In this document: piece by piece, positions 19,060 to 29,289 of the stretch
Numbering within the stretch: position 1 is the stretch's first letter
Layout of the letters: every line of letters begins with the position of its first letter
Origin: an uncultured Armatimonadetes bacterium
Lineage (GTDB): Bacteria > Armatimonadota > UBA5829 > DTJY01
Direction of reading: 5' to 3'
Length of the DNA: 64,000 nt
NCBI GenBank assembly: GCA_963717145.1
Contig: OY970325.1
Coordinates: forward strand, 4,480,001 to 4,544,000
The notes under the pieces: generated by a model
Databases searched by the model: none
What the model was told of the DNA's origin: nothing
The model's input: only the letters and a program-made list of their open reading frames with translations
Program-made: the position numbers and the translations under genes

Positions 19060-21927
19060 CTAGTTGCGCCGCTTGCGCTTGGCATCGAGGAGGCGTGAGG
19101 AGAGGGTGCCGCCCTCGGATGCAGGCTTGGGCTCGGATGGAGATGCCTGTGCCGGCGCCCGTTCGGGCCCAGGCGCGGATGTCTGTTGAGGCCGGGCGCC
19201 GGGCGGGACGGTATTCGTCGTGAACTCGACCTTCTCGACGGGCTTGCGCTCCCTCTTGGCGCGGAGGAGGTTCGACACCATCTCCGGCTCCTGAGTGACC
19301 GGTCTCGTCTTCCTTCGCAAACGGTGCGCGCGGATGAACTCCCTCAGCTTCGAGTACTCCTCCACGAACTGCTCCGGCGTGATCACCAGCCGCCGAACCG
19401 CCACGTCGAGTGGGAGAAGGATCGCCGCCAGGATCACGAGCAGCCGCCAGAGGTCCGTGTATGCCCTCGATCGGCGGAATGCCTGAGTGAACACCTCCGA
19501 GGCCTTGGAGTCATACCGCCCGCCGGTCTCGGACGCGATCCGCTTGAGGAGCGCCGTGTTCGGCGCGATGTCCTTGTACTCCGGCGGGTAGGGGATCGTG
19601 ATGACGCTGACATCCGGCGAAGTTTGGTCCTGATCGCGCCTCACCACGTTCACCACGTAGCTTCCGACCTCGCGCGCGTCGAAGGTCGCCTCGTAACGAC
19701 CCGGGCCGGTCTGATCGATTGAGAGCTGCTTGCCCTTCATGCTCGGGCCGACCACCGATCCCTTGAACTTGATCTGGTTGAGGAAGTTGCCCTTGTCGTC
19801 CACCGCGTCGATGGTCACATATCCCGTTCCGTTCTGTACGTCCACCATCGTCTGGAAGTCGGTCGGCGGATTCTTGCGCATAGTCGAGCGGACGACCTGT
19901 GCCCAGAACCTCCCGTAGTCCGGCCATTGGACCCAGTGAGACGACCACCGAGCCTTGCAGTCCGACGTGAACGCCGCCGACTTCCCGAGCCCATACTGCC
20001 ACGTCGCGAGGATCGGGTCCTTGTGCTTCGAGATCATCGAGATGCGCGCGGTTGGCTTCGGGCTCGTCGTCACGTATCCGAGCAGCGCCGGGACGGACGT
20101 GATGCCCGCCAGTTCGGGGCTCGACGGATCGATCGTCGGGATGAACGGCTCCTCCACGATCAGCGACTTCGAGACCGTCATGACATCCTTGGTGAAGATC
20201 GCCTTCAAGTCGGACGCCTGCAGCGTGAGGTAGAAGTTGCCCCGACCGGCCGCCGCCACGTTCTTGAGGAACGGCACGTGTGGGCCGTCGCCGATCGCAA
20301 CCGCCGTCACCGTGATCTTCTCGCCCGCCATCTGCTTGGCGAGCGGCACGACGCCGTCCTGGTCATCGCAGTCGCCACCATCCGCGAGCAGGATGATATG
20401 CCTCTGCCGGGTCCTGCTCTTCTTCATCATCTCATAGGCCATCTGCATCGAGGGGAACACGGCGATCCCGCCGCCTTCCGCGCGGATGGTGGAGATCTGG
20501 TCGTAGATCGGGCCCTTGCTGTTCGCCTGCTGAAGCTCGACCGCCGCTACCGGGCTCGTGTGGCAGACTATTACCCCGACGTAATCGATCGGCTGGAGCA
20601 GCTTCACGACCGCAGACGCGCCATCGTTCGCCAGCTGGATCTTCGTCGTGCCGCCCTCCGGTGCGCTCATCGAGCCGGACTTGTCCATCACCACGATCAC
20701 CGAGAGCGAGGGCAGCACCTTCGTCTTGCGGACCGACATATCGACCGGGAGCGCCTTCTCGATCGGCGTGTCGAAGTAGCCGCCCGCGCCGAAGCCGTCC
20801 TCGCCGCCGACCATCGTGAACCCGATTCCCAGGTCCTTGACGCCCGATTCGATCAGCAGCATCTGCTCGGCAGACATTCCGATCGCCGGAACATCCGAGA
20901 GCACGAGCATGTCGTAGCCTCTCAACTGCGCGAGCGAGGTCGGAATCCCCGAGCGGTCGCGCGCCTCGACCTCGATGTCGGTGGTCTTGAGCGCCTCGGC
21001 GAGGTATTTCGCCTGGCCGGGGACTCCCTCCACGTACAGCACCTTCGGCTTGCCGTTGACCATCGTGTAGGCGAGCGCGGTGTTGTTCTCCATGCGAGTG
21101 TCCTGGTCGCACTCCAGGATCGCCTCGTACTCGTAGCTTCCGGGCTTGTCGATCGACTGCTGGAACGTGAGGACGCTCTTGCCCTTCGTAAGCTGCACGG
21201 ACTTGACCCCGACTGGCACGCCGTTTCTGAGGACACGGATCTGCGCCGAGACCGGCTCCTTGGCGATCGCAACCACCTTGAGATCGAACGGCTCGCCGAC
21301 TTTCACCGCGCTCGGGCAGACCATCTTGTCGAGCAGGACCTCGTGCGGAAGCTCGTTCGTGAGCGGCACGACATCGACCGAGACGTCGTTCGAGCCGATG
21401 AGCATCGCCTGCTCGATCGCCTTTCCGCGCGTCTCGTTCCCATCGGAGAGGAGCACGATCTTCTTCGCGGTCTTCTCCGGGAATAGGGCGAGTGCGAGGC
21501 CTAGTGCCTGCGAGATGTCGGTATTCCCGGTGTCGGGGATCGAGTAGATCCTGTCGATCTTCGGGACGTTCGACGGCGAGATCTCCACGGAGGCATCCGC
21601 TCCATATGCTATGATGCCGACGAGGTTCTCGGTCTTGAGCTGCTTCAGGGCGGTGTTGATATACGCCAGTGCCGTCTGCTGTCGAGTCTTCGGGATGCTG
21701 TCCGAGATGTCGATCACGAAGACGACGCACCGTTGGGAGACGTTCTGGACCGTGCGCGCGCCTGCGAGGGCGAACACAAGCATGACGAGGATGAGCGACC
21801 GCAGGACGAGCGCGAACTTCGACCGGAACCTCGACATATCGGCGAGGCTGTGGGCCGCCATCCGGTACGTATAGTACCCCAGCGGTATCAGAATCAGTAG
21901 CCACAACGGCTTGGTGAACTGGATCAT
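19060..21927 (-). CDS. Double vWA + GATase1-like domain membrane protein
   Basis: DISDS and DKSGSM MIDAS motifs, LLSDGNET, SDVPA..GG..GFGAGGY, WQYGLGKSAAFTSD. Confidence 0.88.
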   Translation of the reverse strand: MIQFTKPLWLLILIPLGYYTYRMAAHSLADMSRFRSKFALVLRSLILVMLVFALAGARTVQNVSQRCVVFVIDISDSIPKTRQQTALAYINTALKQLKTENLVGIIAYGADASVEISPSNVPKIDRIYSIPDTGNTDISQALGLALALFPEKTAKKIVLLSDGNETRGKAIEQAMLIGSNDVSVDVVPLTNELPHEVLLDKMVCPSAVKVGEPFDLKVVAIAKEPVSAQIRVLRNGVPVGVKSVQLTKGKSVLTFQQSIDKPGSYEYEAILECDQDTRMENNTALAYTMVNGKPKVLYVEGVPGQAKYLAEALKTTDIEVEARDRSGIPTSLAQLRGYDMLVLSDVPAIGMSAEQMLLIESGVKDLGIGFTMVGGEDGFGAGGYFDTPIEKALPVDMSVRKTKVLPSLSVIVVMDKSGSMSAPEGGTTKIQLANDGASAVVKLLQPIDYVGVIVCHTSPVAAVELQQANSKGPIYDQISTIRAEGGGIAVFPSMQMAYEMMKKSRTRQRHIILLADGGDCDDQDGVVPLAKQMAGEKITVTAVAIGDGPHVPFLKNVAAAGRGNFYLTLQASDLKAIFTKDVMTVSKSLIVEEPFIPTIDPSSPELAGITSVPALLGYVTTSPKPTARISMISKHKDPILATWQYGLGKSAAFTSDCKARWSSHWVQWPDYGRFWAQVVRSTMRKNPPTDFQTMVDVQNGTGYVTIDAVDDKGNFLNQIKFKGSVVGPSMKGKQLSIDQTGPGRYEATFDAREVGSYVVNVVRRDQDQTSPDVSVITIPYPPEYKDIAPNTALLKRIASETGGRYDSKASEVFTQAFRRSRAYTDLWRLLVILAAILLPLDVAVRRLVITPEQFVEEYSKLREFIRAHRLRRKTRPVTQEPEMVSNLLRAKRERKPVEKVEFTTNTVPPGARPQQTSAPGPERAPAQASPSEPKPASEGGTLSSRLLDAKRKRRN

Positions 21928-21937
21928 GTTTCTCTGC

Positions 21938-22027
21938 CTGATGTAGGAGCAGCTTCCTAGCTGCGATGGGGTTCCCTTTCTAGCTATGAAGGCCCCCATC
22001 GCAGCTAGGAAGCTGCTCCTACATCAG
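21938..22027. repeat. GTAG-type REP doublet
   Basis: gtaggagcagcttcctagctgcgatgggg...ccccatcgcagctaggaagctgctcctac. Confidence 0.9.
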
Positions 22028-23866
22028 ATACGCCGGTGGTACGCATACCACTCGAATGCCAGGACTCCGAGCGCGAGGAGCACGAGCGGCTGGAAGAACT
22101 CCCGGTTCGTTTGCACCGGCTTCCCGGTGGACGCGAACTTCTTGCCGCCGACCGAGAACGCCTCCCTGGGCGCGGTCGATGACTCCTGCATCGAGGTCAG
22201 GTTGCACGCGAACTCCCGCCTGACGCCTTTGCCGGTCACGCGGTAGACGCCCGCGCGCTCCGTGTTGTCGAAAATCACAGGCGTTTGCGTCACCTTGATC
22301 GCCTGCTTGTGGCCGAGTGGATCGGTCACGTCGATCTGCGCCAGGCCCGCGGGCACGTCGATGTACATCGGCTGGCCCGTTCGAATGCTCTCGCCCGCGC
22401 TCAATGTCTGCGCCGGGACGAGCCAATCAAGGCAGTTCGTGATGAATATCGGGAAGCCGACTCGGAGCGGGAAATCGCTGTCGAGCAGGCTGAACGAAAG
22501 CTGCACGAAGTTCCGGCCGCCCCTCGATCCGGCAACGGCGAGCACTCCGCCTGCGCTCTCCACGAGTGCCGTCGCCCAGTTCGCAGGCGAGAGACGGCGT
22601 GCCTCCGCGACCTGCACGTTCCCGAAGTCGACGTATCGGCTCACGGGATGATTCCGCGCGTAATCGACGATCGACGGGCGCTGGATCATCTCACCGATCC
22701 CAGCGGGTCCCTGGGGCGCGGATGAGTTGATCAGCAGGTATCCTCCCTGCGGGACGTTCGCCGGCGGGGTAACTCCATCGAAGACCACCAGGTCGTACTT
22801 CGAATCCTTGAAGCTCGCGGGAATCGCCTCCGCCTTCGTGACCGATGTCCGGGGATCGAGGTTGAGCGCATTCTGGAGGAAGATGTTGCCCTTCGAGACC
22901 ATCAGCACCGAGATCTTGCGCGGCTTCGTTAGGTAGACCGAGCCGCTGTTGTCCACGGCCAGGTCGTCCTTCACATCGAGCTTGGCGGTCACCCGGCCGT
23001 CGAGGTTTCCGACGTTGTTGAGCAACTCCTGCCTCGACTCGCCCGCCTTGAGCGTCTCCTCGCGCACGTCGAGAAGCTCGTCGTTGAGGTAGACCTCGAG
23101 GTTGAACGCCTGATCGCGCTTCGAGTAGTTGCGGAATCCGATGAAGACCTGCTGTTCGCCGGAGAGCGTCTTGCGTGACGACAGGCCCGTGATCGCCACG
23201 TTATCGCATTCCCGCCCGATGCGCATGTAATCGAGCCGCGCGTTCTCGGCCGAGAGGTCGGAGAGCGCCTCGAACCCGCCGTCCGAGAGCACGACGATCC
23301 GCGGGGGAGTGCGCGACTTCCCCGCGACGAGTGAGAGCGCGAGGACCAGAGCCTGGCGCATGTTGCACGGGGTATCGACCGGCCCGAGTCGCCTGATCGC
23401 CTCATTGAGCGACTTCTTGTCCGAGGTGAACGATGCGACGACTCGCGCCTTCGAGCCGGCGGTCATGACGAGCATCGTGTCGCCGCCGCCCATGCGTCCG
23501 ACGATCCCGAGCGCCTTCGACTTGGCGTCATCGAATCGAGAGGGCTTCACGTCGGTGGCCTGCATGCTGGCGGATGAGTCGAGGATGACGACGATCCGGT
23601 TGCCCTGACCGCTCTGACTCCTGATGTATGGGCGCGCTATCGCTCCAATGACAGCCAGGAGTGCGATGACCTGGAGCAGCAGCAGGAGGCTCTTCCTGAG
23701 CTTCTGAAACGGCGCATTCGCCTGGATGTCGGCGACCGCATCCTGCCAGAGCATGACGGACGAGAACCACCTGCTCTTTGCGTTTCAGCTTGAGCAGGTA
23801 TAAGAGCACGATGATCCCGCCGAGTGGCAGGATCAGCAGTAACGACCAGGGTGATAGTAAGCTCAT
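22024..23866 (-). CDS. BatA N-terminal + vWA domain protein; 1-nt frameshift near 23765
   Basis: LYLLKLKRKEQVV(S)SVMLW restored by removing one base; ILDSSASM MIDAS; C-terminal TM ending EWYAYHRRI. Confidence 0.88.
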
Positions 23867-23867
23867 G

Positions 23868-24183
23868 GGTGAGTAATCAGTTATCAGTTGTCAGTCATCA
23901 GTGAACAGTGAACGGTAAGTAAGCCGTTCGTGCCGGAGTTGTACTCCGGCACGCTAGACTAACCACCTAACGTTCGCACCGGAGTTGTACTCCGGTGCGC
24001 CGAGCTAGCAGGGGAGTTGCACTCCCCCACACACCGAACCGTGCGGAGTACAACTCCGCGGCGAGTTGCGCGGGCTGGAGTACAACTCCAGCCCGAACGT
24101 ATCGTCCTGCGGGAGGGAGTACAACTCCAGCCCGAACGTAGCGCTTATCGTCCTGCGGGAGGGAGTCCAACTCCCTCCCGAAC
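23868..24183. repeat. ATCAG(T) tandem repeat followed by a cluster of about 7 GGAGTTGNACTCC hairpin units
   Basis: First three units in one orientation (GGAGTTG(T/C)ACTCC), the rest inverted (GGAGT(A/C)CAACTCC, several ending CGAAC). Confidence 0.85.
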
Positions 24184-24334
24184 AGTGCGCTTACTTCTTG
24201 TTGTTGATCAGCACCGCCACCAGTGCGACAACCCCGAAGATGACCAGCCCGAGCACCAACAGCGGCAGGAACGAGAGACCACGTACCAGTCATTTCATCC
24301 TCCCTCATCAGCGTGCATCCGCGTTCATCGGCGG

Positions 24335-25237
24335 TTACTTCAATGCTCCCCGCCGGCGCAGGTAGTTCAGTATCAGGTCCTCGAACGGCGACTGGTTCGT
24401 CACGCGGACGTAGTTGCACCCGTACCGCATCGCGAACCCCTCGATCTCCCCGAGGAACTCCCCGAGCCGCTGCTGATACCGTCGGAGGAGCGTCTGCGTG
24501 ATCGTGATCTCCCGCTTCTCGCCGGTCTCCGAGTCGACCATGAGCAGGTCGCCGACCGTCGTCGGGTTGACCTCCTCCTGGTCGAGCAGGTGCACCATCG
24601 TCACCTCGAACTTGCGCGAGAGGAGCGCCGTGAGCCCCTGCTGATACGTCGGATCGAGGAAGTCCGAGATCACGATCGCCAGCCCGGAGTTCGACGTCCG
24701 AAGGCTGAAGTCGCGGATCGAGCTTCCAAGCTGCGTCTTCCCCGAGGCCTGCACAGTCCGCAGGTAGTCGAAGATCGTGAACGCCGCCTGCTTACCCCGC
24801 TTCGGGCTGAGCATCGCCGCCAACTCCCCGCTGAGCGCCGCCAGACCGACGCGGTCGAGGTTGCTCAGCGCGATATACGACAGTGCAGCCGCGATGCGCT
24901 TGGCGTACAGCAGCTTCTTCGGATGGCCGAAATCCATCGACTTCGACGTGTCCACGAGTATATAGACGTGCAGGTCCTCTTCTTCGACGAACAACTTGAG
25001 GAAAAGCTTCTCGAGGCGCGCATAGACGTTCCAGTCGACGCGCCGGAGGTCGTCGCCTGTGGTGTAGTTTCGGTAGTCGGCGAACTCGACCGCCGAGCCG
25101 CGCTTGGTCGATCGCCGCTCACCCCGGAGCCGCCCGGGGAACACCCGCTTAGCGACGAGCGACAGCCGCTCGATTTTCCGCAGAAACTCGGGATCGAGCA
25201 GTTCCTCGCGTTCGTCTATCTGTTCTATTGTATCCAA
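24335..25237 (-). CDS. DUF58 domain protein (MoxR partner)
   Basis: GERRSTKRGSAVEFADYRNYTTGDDLRRVDWN, VDTSKSM, VISDFL. Confidence 0.93.
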   Translation of the reverse strand: MDTIEQIDEREELLDPEFLRKIERLSLVAKRVFPGRLRGERRSTKRGSAVEFADYRNYTTGDDLRRVDWNVYARLEKLFLKLFVEEEDLHVYILVDTSKSMDFGHPKKLLYAKRIAAALSYIALSNLDRVGLAALSGELAAMLSPKRGKQAAFTIFDYLRTVQASGKTQLGSSIRDFSLRTSNSGLAIVISDFLDPTYQQGLTALLSRKFEVTMVHLLDQEEVNPTTVGDLLMVDSETGEKREITITQTLLRRYQQRLGEFLGEIEGFAMRYGCNYVRVTNQSPFEDLILNYLRRRGALK

Positions 25238-25250
25238 GTGTTACCCCTTA

Positions 25251-25292
25251 TGGAGTGCGGAAGCGGAGTCTCCGGACGGAGCTTCCGCTTTG
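25251..25292. repeat. GGAGTGCGGAAGC REP-like arm (left)
   Basis: tggagtgcggaagcggagtctccggacggagcttccgctttg; inverted relative to 26219-26256. Confidence 0.85.
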
Positions 25293-25308
25293 GTCTGCAT
25301 GAACTCGG

Positions 25309-25722
25309 CTAGTCGGCCTGAGCCCGCTGCCGGTGCCGATGTATCGACCGCCCGGCGAAGAAACCGATCAGCGCTGAGGCCGCGATGACGGAAAAGGCAA
25401 TCCCCGAGCTAGCCAGACGATGATGGACAGCGCCTTCACGCATCCCATCCATGACGGCAATGACGATCACGAAGACCAGGATCGAGACCGCCGACTGAAG
25501 CATGTGCATACGGGTCTGGCGTGTCCACCCCGGATCATCCCACTGCCACCCAAGGATGAAGGCTGAAACCGCGAAGAACAGCAGCCCGGCGCCGACCACA
25601 ATCTGCCCCGCGTACGCCGGCAGGAGAACAGCCGCAATCGTCGTTGGGACTGCAAATGCCAGCACATAGCCAAGCAGTTGCAGAATCATCACCGCGTCAC
25701 TGGGGGTCTGGTTGTCCTGCAT
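25309..25722 (-). CDS. Small 4-TM hypothetical membrane protein
   Basis: GGAGG RBS then ATG; four hydrophobic segments. Confidence 0.75.
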   Translation of the reverse strand: MQDNQTPSDAVMILQLLGYVLAFAVPTTIAAVLLPAYAGQIVVGAGLLFFAVSAFILGWQWDDPGWTRQTRMHMLQSAVSILVFVIVIAVMDGMREGAVHHRLASSGIAFSVIAASALIGFFAGRSIHRHRQRAQAD

Positions 25723-25739
25723 ATGCGTCCTCCATCGTC

Positions 25740-25770
25740 GAAAGCGGAGTCTGCGGAGCTTCCGCTCTGC
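25740..25770. repeat. Truncated GGAGTGCGGAAGC-family unit between the two small genes
   Basis: gaaagcggagtctgcggagcttccgctctg. Confidence 0.8.
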
Positions 25771-25779
25771 TTGGCGCGA

Positions 25780-26202
25780 TCAGCCGTTCAATCTCCCTGC
25801 GCTCCTACCAGTGCCGAGCTTGCGGCCGAGCATCAATGGAGCGACAACAAACATCAACCCGGCCGCGAAGAGCGCCGCGACAACCATTAGCGCATAGGTA
25901 GCTCTCCCCGATAGAGCAAACTGAACTGCGACTATCACAATTGGTGACAGATACATCGAGAGCAGCACGACCACCAGCCAAGGAGCAAGGCTCGGACCTG
26001 TCAGCGGATAGCTATTCCGGTAGTAACCGATGAGAAACGCCGTTACCGCGACGAACAGGATGCCAGTCCCGCCTGCAACCCACTCCTTGTATTCCGGCAA
26101 GAGTAAGAGCCCGGTTGTGCCTACGAGCACGAAGGCGAGTTCGTACACGATCACTTTTCGCGCGATTCGGTTCGTCTTCTGCCGTTCCTCAGATGGCTCC
26201 AC
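25780..26202 (-). CDS. Small 4-TM hypothetical membrane protein
   Basis: GAGGA RBS then GTG at 26202; four hydrophobic segments. Confidence 0.7.
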   Translation of the reverse strand: MEPSEERQKTNRIARKVIVYELAFVLVGTTGLLLLPEYKEWVAGGTGILFVAVTAFLIGYYRNSYPLTGPSLAPWLVVVLLSMYLSPIVIVAVQFALSGRATYALMVVAALFAAGLMFVVAPLMLGRKLGTGRSAGRLNG

Positions 26203-26218
26203 TGTTGATCCTCGACTG

Positions 26219-26256
26219 CAAAGCGGAAGCTCCGCAGACTCCGCTTCCGCACTCCA
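26219..26256. repeat. GGAGTGCGGAAGC REP-like arm (right, inverted)
   Basis: caaagcggaagctccgcagactccgcttccgcactcca. Confidence 0.85.
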
Positions 26257-26258
26257 CA

Positions 26259-27257
<999 letters not shown>

Positions 27258-27270
27258 GATACCTCCCTGA

Positions 27271-27382
27271 ACATGCAGGAGGGATTTGCCGGGATGGTTT
27301 GTGCCCGGTAATCCCGAACGCGCAACGATCGGTGTTCGGGATTACCGGGCACAAACCATCCCGGCAAATCCCTCCTACATGT
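27271..27382. repeat. Long GTAGGAGGG..CCGGGATG palindrome
   Basis: About 48-bp inverted arms; family also at 46862-46954 and 63126-63231. Confidence 0.9.
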
Positions 27383-29173
27383 CTATTCCAAACTGCTGAA
27401 ATAATCCTTGACCCTGTTCCGGTACGCCGGGGGGACCTTCTCCTTCGAGAGGGCGCTCTCGGCCGACTTCTTGTAGTTCGAGTACACATCGGTATACGGC
27501 ACTGAGGCGGGCGATGAGAGGGTGGGAGCGCCCTTCGACTCACCGGCTGAGAACACCTGACCGCTCTCGCCGAGCATCGACGGCGAGTGGGAGATGTCCT
27601 TCACATCGTTGAGCTTGCCCTTCGGTCCGGTATTGGCATCGTCTCCGCCCCTGCCCGATCCGGGGCCGCCCTTGCCGCTCGGGCCTTGACTCTCGCCGTC
27701 CGTGCCCTTGCCGTCCTTACCCGTCATTCCGCCAAGGCCGGATGCGATCGATCCGCTTGAGCCGCTCTGACCGAGCGAACAACTTGCGCCGCTTCAAGTG
27801 CCGCCCGCATGTTTGAGCGCCTCCGCGAGCTGCTGCTGGCTCTGCATCTCCTTGGTCATCTTCGCCAGCTCTTCGGGACTCATCTTTGCCAATCTCTCGG
27901 CGTTCTCGCGCATCATCTTCGCAAGCTTGTTCAGGTCCGTGCCCTTCAGTGCCTTGGCGAGCGCATCGAGCTGCTTTTGGAGCGCCTCACGGTCGGCCTC
28001 TTTCATCTGACCGCCCTGCGCCTTCTGGGTGAGCTTCTGCATCAGCTCGGACGCCTTCTTGAAATCCTCGTTCTCCGCGAGCTTGGCAAGTGCCTCACCG
28101 AGTTCCTTCGGGATCGCGAGACTGCTGTTCGGGTTGGTGTACTTCTCGACCGCCTTCTCGAGTTCCTTGCGCTCGGACTCGGTCAGCGGCTCGGACTTCT
28201 GCGCGAGTTCGGCCATCCGCTTGTCGGACGCCAGCTTCCTGAGCGCCTCAGCCGGCGGAATATTCTGCTTCTCCGCCATCTTGCGGGCCATGTCCCTCGC
28301 GAGTTCCTCCGCCGCCTTCTTCATCTCGGCCTGCGCCTCAGCCATCGACTTAGTGGTCGAGTTCTCCTTCGCCAGGCGATCCTGCTCGGCCTTGATCTGC
28401 TTGTTCAGGCGCTGGGAGCTGATCATCGCTTCCTTCTTCGGCATGCGGCCGGTCTGCATCTTGCGCCCGAGGTCGTCGAGCTTGCCTGCGAGCTTCTTCA
28501 AGTCCTTCTGTCTGTCGCCGGCCCGCTTTTCGATCTCCTTGCTGATCTTGAGGAGTGTCGCTCCCTCCTGCTTCATCGTCGCGATATCCTGTTGACGCGC
28601 CGGCGAATTGAAGCGGGCCATCTGCGGGATGAAGGTGACCCCGAGCAGCAGGACGACGGCCGCGAGGAAGGCGACGTGCGGCGGGCCGAATCGATGGCGG
28701 AAGACCTCCGACGCCTTCAGCCCCGAGAAATGCTCGTTGGCATCCGTGACGAGCGCCTGTTCGAAGTCAGTAGGGAACGCCCGGGAACCGACCCTCACCC
28801 CCGACCCCTCTCCCTCAGAAGGGCGAGGGGAGACCGCCCCCCCTCGCCCTTCTGAGGGAGAGGGGTCGGCGAAGGCGATGGCGGTCGAGAGCCGCTCCTT
28901 GAGGCCGGTGCGCTTGTCGGCGGCGATGGCGACGGTGAGGTCCCTGAGCGGGCGAGTCAATGCGAAGGCGCACCCGCCGAGTATGCCCGCGATCACCGTC
29001 GAGAACCAAATGCGGTAGTCGAGCAGCGAGGTCACCTGTGTTGACAGGATCACCATGCACGTGGCCAGGACCGCTCCCACTCCGCCGCCGAAGAGCCCGT
29101 ATCGCTCGATCAGCAGGAGCCGGACCCGCCGTCGCAACCGCCATATCTGACTATCGAGACCTTTACTGTCCAC
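27383..29173 (-). CDS. Membrane-anchored coiled-coil protein of the MoxR operon with an in-frame TGA (27796-27794); candidate selenoprotein
   Basis: ORFs 27794-29173 and 27383-27727 share one frame separated only by TGA; N-terminal TMs, LKERLSTA, long coiled coil, Gly-rich linker, C-terminal VPPAYRNRVKDYF. Confidence 0.75.
27761..27793 (-). promoter_or_regulatory. Candidate bacterial SECIS hairpin
   Basis: After UGA: AGCGGCGCAAGUUGUU-CGCUC-GGUCA-GAGCG-GC; apical loop begins with GG 21 nt after UGA. Confidence 0.6.
28791..28869. repeat. CCCTCTCCC..GGGAGAGGG palindrome in frame
   Basis: Translated DPSPSEGRGGAVSPRPSEGEGSGVRV; related element at 53810-53913. Confidence 0.88.
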
Positions 29174-29195
29174 TGCTCACCGTTACCTTGCCCGT

Positions 29196-29282
29196 GACAC
29201 CGTAGGGGCGATCCTTCTACGGTCGCCCGTGGAATCGCAGAGAGTGCACGGGCGACCGTAGAAGGATCGCCCCTACGGTGTC
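29196..29282. repeat. GTAG-type REP doublet
   Basis: gacaccgtaggggcgatccttctacggtcgcccgtg...cacgggcgaccgtagaaggatcgcccctacggtgtc. Confidence 0.9.
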
Positions 29283-29289
29283 CGCAGCC

